Below, in pieces: positions 38,533-48,303 of a stretch of DNA of 64,000 nucleotides (positions within the stretch are counted from its first letter, which is position 1; the number at the start of each line of letters is the position of its first letter). Source of the stretch: Candidatus Latescibacterota bacterium (GTDB lineage: Bacteria > Latescibacterota > UBA2968 > UBA8231); NCBI GenBank assembly GCA_965203175.1, contig OZ241867.1:6400001-6464000 (forward strand). Direction: 5' to 3'. The notes under the pieces are model-generated. The model worked only from the letters and a program-made list of their open reading frames with translations, made no database searches and was not told where the DNA came from. The translations under genes and the position numbers were made by a program.

Positions 38533-39750
38533 TCACTCCAACACCGACCCCTCCTTTTCCACCCGCCCGTACATGCGCGCGAATTCCTCGGACCCATCGT
38601 CGTGCCACACCTCAAAAGACAAACCCCGGATGGTTCCCTCGGCAAAGCCAGTCAAAGCATCTATCGGCGGGATGCTAGCCGTGTAGAGCACGTGTCCGTC
38701 CGGCAGGCGCAGCTTGCCCAAGTGCCGGGGGATTTCCGCGGGGCCGCGCTGCGCCAAGCGCGCAATGACCGCTTCGTCCACCTCCACTCCGAGGCCCGGC
38801 CCCTCCGGCACGGGCGAACAGCCTTCGACGATCTCAATGCGCTGCCGGGCCGCGTCTTCCTCGTACTGGTCGTCGAGATTGATCGAGTGGGCCGCTGTGG
38901 GCAATACAGCCGCCAAGTGCAGCGCCAACGCCTTGGCCAAGGTGCCCCCGGTTAGCTGCACCACCACCTGCATATTGGCTTTGCCATAGGCCAAACCGCG
39001 CACCAACGCATCGCCAAACCCGCCGCAGTACTCGGCCACGATATACGCATCGGCCATCCCCTGTACGACTTCCTGCAACCCACCCAGCGGTGGCACGTGC
39101 ATAACCAATGGCACACCGCATTGGGCGCGGAGCCGCCGCCAGCCTTCTACATCGCTCAGCACCAAGGGATCCTCGATATAGCCCACTACGGGCGATTTTT
39201 CGAGCTGTTTGACGATGGGCAACACCGTGGCCAAGGTGCGGTTGGAGTTGAAGTCGTACTGCATCTTGAAGCCGGGAGGCGCCACATCCTCTACCGCGCG
39301 GTTTTGCTCGAACACATCGTGGTGCTGACAAGTGTGCATCTTGAACAGCCGATAGCCTTGATCGGCAGCGCGGACGATTTCGCGGCTCAGCTCCTCGGGA
39401 TCAGCGGGCCGAGTCCACGCCGCCACGGGCACGCGGTCGCGCACTTTTGGACCCATCAGCTTGTAGGCCGGCACTTCGAGGTACTGGCCCATCACGTCGT
39501 ACAAGGCCCCGGCCAAGCCGAGGTGGACCTCGCTGCCCAAAAAGTCGAAGGGACTGCGCCCGATGAGGCCCTCCACGCTCTGCGCGGGCGGCGGCGTGCA
39601 GCGATACTCGCCCCAACCCACCAAGCCGTTGTCGGTTTGCACCTTGAAGAAGGTGCGCTGGTCAATGGAGCGGAAGCGCACGGCGTGCTCGTCATTGCGG
39701 GCGGCGAGCGGCACGTGCGCAGGAATGATGTCAACATCGGTGATTTTCAC
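38533..39750 (-). CDS. Mandelate racemase/muconate lactonizing enzyme family protein
   Basis: TD.GLVGWGE, ALYD..G..L.VP.YKLMG.KVRD, DFN, EDP, P.GPGLGVEVD; GTG start after gaggag. Confidence 0.88.
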   Translation of the reverse strand: MKITDVDIIPAHVPLAARNDEHAVRFRSIDQRTFFKVQTDNGLVGWGEYRCTPPPAQSVEGLIGRSPFDFLGSEVHLGLAGALYDVMGQYLEVPAYKLMGPKVRDRVPVAAWTRPADPEELSREIVRAADQGYRLFKMHTCQHHDVFEQNRAVEDVAPPGFKMQYDFNSNRTLATVLPIVKQLEKSPVVGYIEDPLVLSDVEGWRRLRAQCGVPLVMHVPPLGGLQEVVQGMADAYIVAEYCGGFGDALVRGLAYGKANMQVVVQLTGGTLAKALALHLAAVLPTAAHSINLDDQYEEDAARQRIEIVEGCSPVPEGPGLGVEVDEAVIARLAQRGPAEIPRHLGKLRLPDGHVLYTASIPPIDALTGFAEGTIRGLSFEVWHDDGSEEFARMYGRVEKEGSVLE

Positions 39751-39933
39751 GGTTGTTCTCCTCGGCGCATAAGTGAGATTGCGTTGGTAGAAAAATTGAC
39801 GATCCATCGCCGTCGGCCTTAACTTACCCCATCCCACCCCCATCGCCAAAGACGGTCATTTTACCTATACTTTTTGACAGATCGTGGGATAGAAAGAGTA
39901 CAGTACCGACAACTGTGAAAGTAGAGGTGCAGC

Positions 39934-40167
39934 TTGGCGACATACGTAATTACTGCAGAGATCGAGCAAGATGAGGACGGTCGGTGGAGTGCTTGGATTG
40001 ACGCGCTGCCGGGATGTGCCGCTTGGGGCCACACCCGCGAGGAAGCCCTACTGGCACTGCAGGACGCCGCCGATGCGTACATCGAAGATATGGAAGAAAC
40101 GGATGAACAGGTTCAGGAACGTGGCATCGAAGTGGTAGATTCTCCTCTCGTCGTCGTCACGCGATGA
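39934..40167 (+). CDS. hicB: HicB-family antitoxin (short, no DNA-binding domain)
   Basis: IEQDEDG.W.A....LPGC..WG.T.EEAL..L.DA...YIE. Confidence 0.9.
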   Translation: MATYVITAEIEQDEDGRWSAWIDALPGCAAWGHTREEALLALQDAADAYIEDMEETDEQVQERGIEVVDSPLVVVTR

Positions 40168-40418
40168 ATCTGCGTCCTGACCTGTTTCGGCAACTCAGGA
40201 CTGTCACCGCGCGCAGCTTGGTACGAGCACTGGAAAAGGATGGCTTTACGTATAGGAGAAGGAAAGGATCCGGCAGAGTCTATCGTAGCGAAGATGGTCG
40301 CCGCGTTATACTTCACTACCATACGTCGGGTGATACATTCCCAGTTGGCACTCTACGGAGCATGCTAAAAGGAACTCGATGGACCGAAGACGACCTCCGC
40401 CGTTTACGGCTTATTTGA
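40164..40418 (+). CDS. hicA: HicA-family toxin
   Basis: LVRALEKDGF..R.KGS...Y...DGRRV..HYH......GTLRSML; ATGA overlap with hicB. Confidence 0.85.
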   Translation: MNLRPDLFRQLRTVTARSLVRALEKDGFTYRRRKGSGRVYRSEDGRRVILHYHTSGDTFPVGTLRSMLKGTRWTEDDLRRLRLI

Positions 40419-40440
40419 GTCGCCAAAGACGGTCCAACCC

Positions 40441-41346
40441 ATGCCTTCTTACATATCTGCTTACGACACCGAAGCCGTGTACGCTTGGTGGGACGCGCCG
40501 CTCGGGCCGGGCTACCAAGGCCGGATCAGCTACGAGGGAGAGCGGCTGGCCGAGTGCATTGCCGGCGTCCGGGCCGTGGCCCAAGTGCATCTAGAGCGGC
40601 AAGCGCCCGCCTCTTTTTTTATCGTCGCCGAGTTGTTGCAGCATGCCGCATCCGAATTTCGCGCCATCCTCGACGAGCCCCTTTTTGACATCCAATGCCA
40701 CTCGTTCACCCACAAAGACCTAATCAGTTTAGCCGATGACCAAGCCGCCTTACAGTATGAGTTAGTCGATTCCAAAAAACTGATCGAAGACACCTTCTCC
40801 CGCCCAGTGATCGGCTTGACCGCACCTGGTGGCTACACCCGAGGCTTCATCGGCCAAGAGCGCATCCTGCACGTGATGTGGGAGACCGGCTACCGCTACA
40901 TGCGCACAGTGGGAGCTGGGCCAGACGGAACCATGCCCGCGCCACTCAACCGGCCCTTCTGGTACGCCCGCGAGGGCTTTCCCGGCCTCCTCGAAATGCC
41001 CTCGCACGCCTGGCACGACAACATCCTCACTGGGCAGCCAGGCAAAGTACTGTGGCCGCCGCAATTCCCCTGGCCCTATCCGGCGCACATGCCCGAAGAC
41101 GCCCAAGGCGTGTACGCAGCCTACGCCCCGGGCATCGACTACGTGCAACAAGCAGACCTGCCCTACTACTTGCCCATCTTCCACCCTTGGTCCGTCTATC
41201 GCATCGACCGCCGCGCACGGCAACTCGACCTCCTCTTGCGCCACGCGCAAACGGAAAACCTCCCCCTCGTCTCCTGCACCCAACAGTACGAACACGCCCT
41301 AGCGCATAAATCCCAAATCCCCGACGCCTCGCCAGACGATCTATAA
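40441..41346 (+). CDS. Polysaccharide deacetylase family protein
   Basis: AYDTE, ASFFIV, CHSFTH, G..APGG, FHPW. Confidence 0.8.
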   Translation: MPSYISAYDTEAVYAWWDAPLGPGYQGRISYEGERLAECIAGVRAVAQVHLERQAPASFFIVAELLQHAASEFRAILDEPLFDIQCHSFTHKDLISLADDQAALQYELVDSKKLIEDTFSRPVIGLTAPGGYTRGFIGQERILHVMWETGYRYMRTVGAGPDGTMPAPLNRPFWYAREGFPGLLEMPSHAWHDNILTGQPGKVLWPPQFPWPYPAHMPEDAQGVYAAYAPGIDYVQQADLPYYLPIFHPWSVYRIDRRARQLDLLLRHAQTENLPLVSCTQQYEHALAHKSQIPDASPDDL

Positions 41347-41350
41347 CCCC

Positions 41351-42958
41351 ATGCCCACCCTCTCCCCCACCCACCTCGCCGCCATCGACCGCCGCCGTCG
41401 CCTCATAGTCAATTTCGACGTGACCTTTGCGATCAATGTGCAGCATCGCCGCAACCCGGACCGGCCCGACCTCGTGGAGCATCTGTTCGAGTTTGCCGAC
41501 GCGCCCGGATCGCAGATCGACAGCATTTGGTGGAATTGGGGCGAGGGGAATCAAGCGCCCTATCCGAGCGGACACTTGCCGCTATACGACCATCCGCTCT
41601 ATCAAAAGTGGGCAGACGAAGGGACGGACATCGTCGGCCAAGTTCTTGAAGCGACCCAGCGCCGAGGGCTAGAGTGCTTCTTTTCACATCGCATGAACGG
41701 CTCGGACAACGACCTCGGCCCGTTTGCACGCATCCCCGCGAAAGTCGCGCATCCCGACTGGCTCTTTCGCACGCCTTGGTGTACGCACGAGGACAACGGC
41801 TATTGGAATTTCGCCCTGCCCCAAGTACACGACTACGTCCTGCGCAACTTGCGCGAGGTAATCGAGCGCTGGCCTTTTGACGGGATGGAATTGGACTTTG
41901 CCCGCGGGGTCGTCTTCCCCGCCGGACAAGGCTGGTTCAACCGCGAGAGGCTGACTGAATTCATCGCCCAGTTGCGAGAATTATCATTGGCCGTGGGCGA
42001 GCGGCGCGGGCGGCCCTTTCTCCTCGCCGCCCGCATACCCGAGACGCTCGTGGGCTGCTGCTTCGACGGGATCGATGTCGAGCGCTGGGTCGGCGAGCAA
42101 TTGATCGACTTACTGGCTCTCGGCGTGCGCTCTTTTGAGGTGGATTTGGCAGATTTCCGGCACGTGGTCGCGGGCACCCCAGCCAAGCTCTATCCGTCCA
42201 TAGACGATCACCACGCTACGGACGGCTACCAAAACCCCGGCATCGAAGTGCTGCGCGGAGTGGCGGCCAATTGGTGGCATCAAGGCGCGGACGGCATCCA
42301 CACCTTTAACTTCAACTACGCGACCGACGCCCCGTACGCCGGCCAGGATTGGGCCAGCCATCGCCGCGCCTACCAAGAGTTAGGCGCAGTCACAACGCTC
42401 AACGCCAAGGACAAGCGCTTCGTCGTCCAGCGTCGCGGAGGCGGGCACGGCCCCACCGTGATACCCAACCCCGAGGATTGGGCAACCCCTAGGCACAACT
42501 ACGCCAACACCAACATGCTGGCCCAACTACCCGCGGCCGTACCCAACGACGAGCACACCGATCTCTTGCTGCAAATACACGTGGGCCTCGACCTAGCCGC
42601 CGAGCGAATCGCCGCAGCCGAATTGCGCCTCCTGCTGTCCGACCCAGGCGCAGCGGACTTACCCGAGGCTCAACGCCTATCGCAGGTGCAAGTGGCGACC
42701 ATCGGTCATCCCGACGGGGAACTCGTCAATATCCCGGCGGCGCAAGGTGTGGAACAAGCCGTGCAGATACGGCTGAACAATGCGGTGCTGGAGCAGCCGA
42801 CCGTGGACGATGGGTGGTTGATCTGGCCGGTTGAGGGGTTGCTCTTAGCAACCGGCGCGAATCTGGTCGGCATCAGCGCACAGGGACGGGGACTTGACGC
42901 GCCGCAGCTCGTCGTCGAAAAGCTGGAAATAGCTGTGGTGTGCGAGGCTGTGTACTAG
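41351..42958 (+). CDS. Glycoside hydrolase-like TIM-barrel protein (GHL10-like)
   Basis: FSHRMN, WNFA.P.V, DG.ELDF.R, GADGI.TFNF. Confidence 0.65.
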   Translation: MPTLSPTHLAAIDRRRRLIVNFDVTFAINVQHRRNPDRPDLVEHLFEFADAPGSQIDSIWWNWGEGNQAPYPSGHLPLYDHPLYQKWADEGTDIVGQVLEATQRRGLECFFSHRMNGSDNDLGPFARIPAKVAHPDWLFRTPWCTHEDNGYWNFALPQVHDYVLRNLREVIERWPFDGMELDFARGVVFPAGQGWFNRERLTEFIAQLRELSLAVGERRGRPFLLAARIPETLVGCCFDGIDVERWVGEQLIDLLALGVRSFEVDLADFRHVVAGTPAKLYPSIDDHHATDGYQNPGIEVLRGVAANWWHQGADGIHTFNFNYATDAPYAGQDWASHRRAYQELGAVTTLNAKDKRFVVQRRGGGHGPTVIPNPEDWATPRHNYANTNMLAQLPAAVPNDEHTDLLLQIHVGLDLAAERIAAAELRLLLSDPGAADLPEAQRLSQVQVATIGHPDGELVNIPAAQGVEQAVQIRLNNAVLEQPTVDDGWLIWPVEGLLLATGANLVGISAQGRGLDAPQLVVEKLEIAVVCEAVY

Positions 42959-43071
42959 CCTTTTGCAAGGCACTCCAGCGGTCGTAGTAAAGCTGGGCTT
43001 TCGGCGCACATCGTGGGCTAACTTCCAGCGCAGCTTGCCCGCGCAAACGACGATACCGTTGTTAGCAAGCC

Positions 43072-43437
43072 ATGGATCGCATTCTACTGGTAGGCTGTGG
43101 CGGCTTTATCGGAGCCGTGTTGCGCTATTTAGTCTCCTTGGGAACCCAGCGCCTGTTGGGCACCCCACTCTACGCCACCCTCGTCGTCAACGTAGTCGGC
43201 TGCCTCGTCATTGGCTTTTTGGGCGGCTTGGCCGAAGAGCGTCAATACCTCAGCCCCCAGCTCCGCCTATTCCTCTTCGTCGGCATCCTCGGCGGCTTCA
43301 CCACCTTTTCATCCGTGGCCTACGAGACCGCACAAATACTGCGCGCAGGTCAGGTGCCAGCCGCCTTAGTCCACATTGGCCTACAACTGCTGCTGGGTAT
43401 TCCCGCTGTATTCGTCGGGTATTGGGCAGCCCGCTAG
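43072..43437 (+). CDS. crcB: Fluoride efflux channel
   Basis: GG.IGAVLRY, NVVGC..IG, G.LGGFTTFSS. Confidence 0.95.
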   Translation: MDRILLVGCGGFIGAVLRYLVSLGTQRLLGTPLYATLVVNVVGCLVIGFLGGLAEERQYLSPQLRLFLFVGILGGFTTFSSVAYETAQILRAGQVPAALVHIGLQLLLGIPAVFVGYWAAR

Positions 43438-44222
43438 TCGCCTAGCCCGCGCAAATACGCCAAGCTCGCGGGCGCGGCTTCGCGCAAACTGGCCTGACGA
43501 TAGACCTTGACCGAGGCAAAACCCGCGTAGCCAATGGCGTCCAAAGCCGCGAGCACGGCCTTGAAGTCGAGGTGGCCGCTGCCCAGCACGCCGCCGTTGC
43601 TCTCGCACAAATGGACGTGCCGCAGCGCGTCGCCGCAGTCGAAAATGGGCTGGGTCAACGACTTTTCTTCAATGTTCATGTGAATCGTATCGACCATCGG
43701 CCTAAAAGTCGGCACGCCAATGCGCTCAATCAGGGCGCGCACCTCGCCGACGGAATTGTTAAACCCCACTTGCAGGTGATTGATCGGCTCGACGACCAAG
43801 TCCACGCCCGCGTCTTGCGCGGCCAAACCCACTTCGCACAGGCCAGCAGCAATGCGCTCGTTGGCCACCTCAGCGTCGGGCTCGTCCTCGCGCAAGCCCT
43901 GCAAAAGTCCGACGACGAGAATGGCACTGAAACGCTGGGCAATCGGCAGGTACTCCCGCAGCCTAGCGACGGCACCGGCGCGCCGATGCGGATCGGCCAC
44001 ACTCAAGCACAGCCCCTCGGTATAGGCAGCCCCGGTCAAAAGCGACGGCACCACCAAGCCGCACGCCTCCACCGAGCGCTCAATCGCGTCTAATTGACCA
44101 AGCACCGCAGGCGTCAAGTTCAACTCGACGCCCTCGTACCCACAGTCCCGAATGAAGTCCAACCCAGCGGCGAAATCGCCCCCGAGATCCGCAAAGTCGA
44201 TTACCATATAGCTGTAGCGCAT
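43434..44222 (-). CDS. Sugar phosphate isomerase/epimerase (IolO/xylose isomerase-like TIM barrel)
   Basis: GYEGVEL, EPINH, DTIHMNIEE, HVHL.ESN, G.GHLDF. Confidence 0.88.
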   Translation of the reverse strand: MRYSYMVIDFADLGGDFAAGLDFIRDCGYEGVELNLTPAVLGQLDAIERSVEACGLVVPSLLTGAAYTEGLCLSVADPHRRAGAVARLREYLPIAQRFSAILVVGLLQGLREDEPDAEVANERIAAGLCEVGLAAQDAGVDLVVEPINHLQVGFNNSVGEVRALIERIGVPTFRPMVDTIHMNIEEKSLTQPIFDCGDALRHVHLCESNGGVLGSGHLDFKAVLAALDAIGYAGFASVKVYRQASLREAAPASLAYLRGLGD

Positions 44223-44311
44223 CGCTGTCTCCAAGTGAGTGGAAAAGTGGCGGCCAACCGCCGCCGTGTCTAAGTTACTCCATTCCATTTAGCCCCAACA
44301 GCGGAGCGCAC

Positions 44312-45214
44312 GTGCGATACCGACGATTCGGCAAAACGAACTGGCAAGTCAGCGAAATCGCCATGGGTGGGTCTTGGTTCTACGGACGCCCAGAATACGG
44401 CCTCCTGCCGGTGGCGCACGGAGTCGCCATGGTCGAGCGCGCCCTCGAATTGGGCATCAACTACTTCGACACCGCCCCGCTCTACGGCCAAGGCCGCAGC
44501 GAAAAGGTCCTCGGCCACGCCCTCAAAGGCGTTGACGCGCCCTATTATCTGGCGACCAAGGTAGGCTATTTTCCCGCACCCTTCGACTACACCCGCGACA
44601 CCGTGTGGCGGGGGTTTGAGGCCAGCCTCCTGCGCTTGCAACGCGACTCGGTCGATCTGTTGCAACTCCACGAGGCCGAGCAGGCGGGCTGGGAGGGCAT
44701 CTTCGGTCGGGGGCGCGCCCTAGAGGCCATGCTCGAAATCCACGACCAAGGACTCGCACAACACATCGGCCTCACCGGCTCGGACCTAGAATTGATGCGC
44801 GATGTCCTCGCCGAGTGCGACGATTTCGTCTCGGTGATCACCTTTCTCAAATACGACCTGCTGGTGCAGACAGCCAAGGAAATCCTCCTGCCCACCGCGG
44901 CTGCCCGCGACGTCGCCATCATCCTCGCCTCGCCACTGCACGCCGGCCTGCTCGGCTCCAAGCGCGACGCCTGGAAGGAGATCGGCCGCTTTGCCGAACT
45001 CTATCCCAAACTCGAAAAAGTTGCAGCCCTGCTCGCCGACGAACCCGGCGACATGCCCGACCACGGGCTGCGCTACTTGCTGTCGGACCCCCAAGTCTCC
45101 GTGCTGCTCACCGGCGCTGCAACAATAGACGAACTCAAAGTCTCCGTGGCCGTTTCTGACGGTCGCTACCTATCACCCGAACTCATCACCCGCATCGAAG
45201 CACTCACCCCTTGA
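44312..45214 (+). CDS. Aldo/keto reductase
   Basis: MRYRRFGKT..VS, GINYFDTAPLYG.G.SE, ATKVG, SL.RL..D.VDLLQLH. Confidence 0.92.
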   Translation: MRYRRFGKTNWQVSEIAMGGSWFYGRPEYGLLPVAHGVAMVERALELGINYFDTAPLYGQGRSEKVLGHALKGVDAPYYLATKVGYFPAPFDYTRDTVWRGFEASLLRLQRDSVDLLQLHEAEQAGWEGIFGRGRALEAMLEIHDQGLAQHIGLTGSDLELMRDVLAECDDFVSVITFLKYDLLVQTAKEILLPTAAARDVAIILASPLHAGLLGSKRDAWKEIGRFAELYPKLEKVAALLADEPGDMPDHGLRYLLSDPQVSVLLTGAATIDELKVSVAVSDGRYLSPELITRIEALTP

Positions 45215-45227
45215 GAAGGAATAGCAC

Positions 45228-46259
45228 ATGAAACCTGTCCGCGTCGGCTGCATCGGCCTCGGCTGGATCACCCAAAGGGCGCACCTTCCGGCGTTAGCTG
45301 CCCTCGCCGAGGAAGGCCAAGTCGTCTTCCAAGCATTCTGCGACAAAAGCGAGGAAACCCTCCAAGAACAAGCGGCCGTGTACAAGCCTCTTTCGACCTA
45401 TACGGACCACCACCAGATGTTCGCAGAGCAGGAACTCGACGCCGTGTACCTATCCATTCCGCCGACTGCACACACCGACGAAGTGCTCATCGCCGCGGAC
45501 CAAGGCGTCGCCCTGTTCGTCGAAAAGCCGCAGACCCTCGACTTAGCGCAAGTCGTCGAATTCAACGCCGCAATCGAAAAAGCCGGCATCGTATCCCAGG
45601 TCGGCTTCGTCTCTCGCTACGAGCCTTCTTCCGCGCCGACCGTGGAGCTATTGCAGCAGCGCACGCCGCGCCACGCCCAAATCCAAAGCTTCTACAGCGG
45701 CCAGCCCATCCGCTATTGGACCAGCCGCTACGAACTCTGCGGCGGCTCCTTCGTCGAAAACACCATCCACAGCGTCGATCTGTTGCGCTACTTGCTCGGC
45801 GACATTGAGGCGGTCTCGGCCTTCTACGTCGAATCCCTGCCCGACGAGCGCATCGAGCCGATGAACCTGCCCCACGTGTACAACGTCAACTACCGCTTCG
45901 AAGGGCGCTTGACGGCCAACGCCAGCGTCTCGCGGGTAATGAGCAACGTCGATTACTCCAAGCGCGAAATCCTCGTCATCAGCGACGACTCGATCATTGA
46001 ATGGAAGCCACAAAAAGTGACGGAAAACGGCGAGGTAGTGTGGGAGGCCAAAGAAGAACCGCAATCTCGCGGGGCTTTCTTCACCCAAGCCCGCGCCTTT
46101 ATCGCCGCGGTCCAAGCCGGCGACCCTTCCATGACACGCAGCCCCTACGTCCCTTCCCTCAACAGCCTAGCCGCCGTTTTGGGGGCCAATGCCTCGGCCG
46201 AAAGCGGCGGCGAGTTGGTCCTCCTCAGCGACCTAATCGGCGCAGCCACCCAAGGATAG
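45228..46259 (+). CDS. Gfo/Idh/MocA oxidoreductase
   Basis: VGCIGLG.I, FVEKP, H.VDLLRY. Confidence 0.9.
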   Translation: MKPVRVGCIGLGWITQRAHLPALAALAEEGQVVFQAFCDKSEETLQEQAAVYKPLSTYTDHHQMFAEQELDAVYLSIPPTAHTDEVLIAADQGVALFVEKPQTLDLAQVVEFNAAIEKAGIVSQVGFVSRYEPSSAPTVELLQQRTPRHAQIQSFYSGQPIRYWTSRYELCGGSFVENTIHSVDLLRYLLGDIEAVSAFYVESLPDERIEPMNLPHVYNVNYRFEGRLTANASVSRVMSNVDYSKREILVISDDSIIEWKPQKVTENGEVVWEAKEEPQSRGAFFTQARAFIAAVQAGDPSMTRSPYVPSLNSLAAVLGANASAESGGELVLLSDLIGAATQG

Positions 46260-46265
46260 ATCTCC

Positions 46266-47762
46266 ATGCAACCCCAACTCACGCCCTTTCTCGACTGGTA
46301 CGGCATCTGGCCCTCCCATCGCAAACTCGAAGACGACGGCACCGTTTGGTCCCAAGATCCGCCCCAAGGCATTGAACTCGTGCCCGAACTGGCGCGCAAA
46401 TCCGAGGTCTTTTTCCACAAGGAGCGCCCTTGGGAACAAGGAGCCAATCTCCACACCAACGCCATGCTGCACGACGGAGGGCGCTACCGCCTCTGGTACG
46501 GCGTGCAACGCTTGGAAGACATCACGCGCTCGTATGTCTGCTACGCCGAAAGCGACGACGGCTTTACCTGGCAGCGGCCGGAGTTGGGCTTGTGCGAGTA
46601 CGAAGGCTCTACCCGCAACAACATCATCTGCGCGGACCGCGACCATCCCCTCGGCTGGGTGTTCATCGACCCCAGTGCCCCAGCGGCCGAGCGCTACAAA
46701 GCCGTCGGCCCGGGAGCGAACTACTTCCGCGACGGCAAGCCCGACCCGGAAATGGACTCCGCGCGCTTCAAGGCCCTGCTCGCAGCCCGCGACTTGGGCG
46801 ATGTGTCGGCCGGGGAAAAGGCCCAGGGGATTGAGATTCGGCAGCAACTCCACGGCGCGACCTCTGCCGACGGCATCCACTGGCAGAACCTCTGCGCGCC
46901 CGTCTTCGACGCCGGCGCGACCCAGCTAGACACCCACAACCTCTGCGTGTACGACCCCCACCAAGAGCAATACATAGCGTATCTGCGCGGCCATATCGAT
47001 CGCCGGCGCTTGGTGCGCCGCGCCTCGGGCCCGCAGTTCACATCCCTGGCCGATCCGCACCCCTGCCTCCTGCCCGACCCCTTGGACGCGCTCGACGACG
47101 ACATCTACAACCCTTGCTACACGCCGTATCCGGGTACGCAGCCGCGCTACCTGATGTTCCCGTCGATATACCATCGAATCGCCTCTACGGTCGATGTCCA
47201 GCTCGCGGTCAGCCGCGATAACCACCAATGGATCCGGCCCTTTCGCCAGCCCATCATCGACCGCACCTATGAGGGGGGAACGTACGGCCAGCTCTACGCC
47301 AGCCCGAATCTCATCGCCGCCAACGGCACTTGGCGGCTGCCTTTTAGAGGCTACCAACGCCGCCACGACTTTCTCCGCCGTGGCGCTGAGTCGTACCCCG
47401 AGGATGGAGAATTTCGCTGGGCCTGTTGGGAGCCGGATCGGCTCGCGGGAATAGAAGCCAAAGGCGAGGGGCGAGTCACGCTCATCGAGCGGCCGTGCTC
47501 CGGCCGCGAGCTGCTGCTCAACTTTCGCACGGCTGCGGACGGCTGGATCAAGACCGAAATCGTCCAGACCATTCACACCCCACCCCAGCCCGTAGAAGCC
47601 CACCCCGGCTTTTCGCTCGCCGAGGCCGAACCCCTCGCGGGCGATTCCATTTCCGAGGCCGTGCGCTGGCGGGGCCAAACCGACTTATCCGCCCTCTCAG
47701 GCGAAAACGTCGGCCTCCGCTTTCACCTGTACAAAGCCAAGCTGTTTTCAGTATCTATTTGA
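46266..47762 (+). CDS. Hypothetical five-bladed beta-propeller glycosidase-like protein
   Basis: YAES.DG..W.RP.LG, S.DGIHW, QLAVSRD...W.R repeats. Confidence 0.65.
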   Translation: MQPQLTPFLDWYGIWPSHRKLEDDGTVWSQDPPQGIELVPELARKSEVFFHKERPWEQGANLHTNAMLHDGGRYRLWYGVQRLEDITRSYVCYAESDDGFTWQRPELGLCEYEGSTRNNIICADRDHPLGWVFIDPSAPAAERYKAVGPGANYFRDGKPDPEMDSARFKALLAARDLGDVSAGEKAQGIEIRQQLHGATSADGIHWQNLCAPVFDAGATQLDTHNLCVYDPHQEQYIAYLRGHIDRRRLVRRASGPQFTSLADPHPCLLPDPLDALDDDIYNPCYTPYPGTQPRYLMFPSIYHRIASTVDVQLAVSRDNHQWIRPFRQPIIDRTYEGGTYGQLYASPNLIAANGTWRLPFRGYQRRHDFLRRGAESYPEDGEFRWACWEPDRLAGIEAKGEGRVTLIERPCSGRELLLNFRTAADGWIKTEIVQTIHTPPQPVEAHPGFSLAEAEPLAGDSISEAVRWRGQTDLSALSGENVGLRFHLYKAKLFSVSI

Positions 47763-48294
47763 GGCGGCCCGCAAATACCTCGGCGAACCGCTCCTCGGCG
47801 ATGCCGCCCAAGCGCTGCGCCATGCGCTCAAATGCGTCGCGGCGATAGTCCCATTGGCCCCACCGCGCCACCTGCTCCAGCCAGTCGCACAGGTGGATCG
47901 TCACTAGGTCGTTGAAATCCTGCTCGTTCATCTCGATGGAACCGCCAGTCAGACGATCTTGGAGCACGTAGGGAGCACCGTGCTGCTCCACGGCGGCGTC
48001 GAACGTGCCGCGCACCATGGCGCAATTGACGTACGCCAAGTATTCGGCTTGTTCGCCGATGAGTTCCCGCACTTCAGCGCGACGCTCGACGGGCAGGGTA
48101 AAATCCTGGAAAATCTCGGTGCCGTATATGGAGTGAAAGAGCGCCGCGTGGCACATCACATCGTCACCCCCCCATTTCCTCATATCGCCATGCACGCCGA
48201 TGCAGTGAGCCAAGTACGTCTTGTTGGTGTGCCCCACATCGGCAGCGCCAATTTCCCTAAAAAATCCAGTCATTTCTTTAAAACTAGCAGCCAT
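47755..48294 (-). CDS. HD-like hypothetical protein (DUF6817-like)
   Basis: H....YLAH.IGV, ALFHSIYGTE, R.EVR.LIGE.AE.LAY. Confidence 0.7.
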   Translation of the reverse strand: MAASFKEMTGFFREIGAADVGHTNKTYLAHCIGVHGDMRKWGGDDVMCHAALFHSIYGTEIFQDFTLPVERRAEVRELIGEQAEYLAYVNCAMVRGTFDAAVEQHGAPYVLQDRLTGGSIEMNEQDFNDLVTIHLCDWLEQVARWGQWDYRRDAFERMAQRLGGIAEERFAEVFAGRLK

Positions 48295-48303
48295 AGCGTC
48301 GTC

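Larger units (their letters stand above)
39843..40434 (+). repeat. Perfect 15-bp direct repeat TCGCCAAAGACGGTC flanking the hicBA cassette
   Basis: Copies at 39843-39857 and 40420-40434. Confidence 0.9.

Noticed and set aside
42959-43071. Fluoride riboswitch upstream of crcB
   Set aside because: No GGCGATGG..CGCC / TGA..CCTAC consensus is visible.
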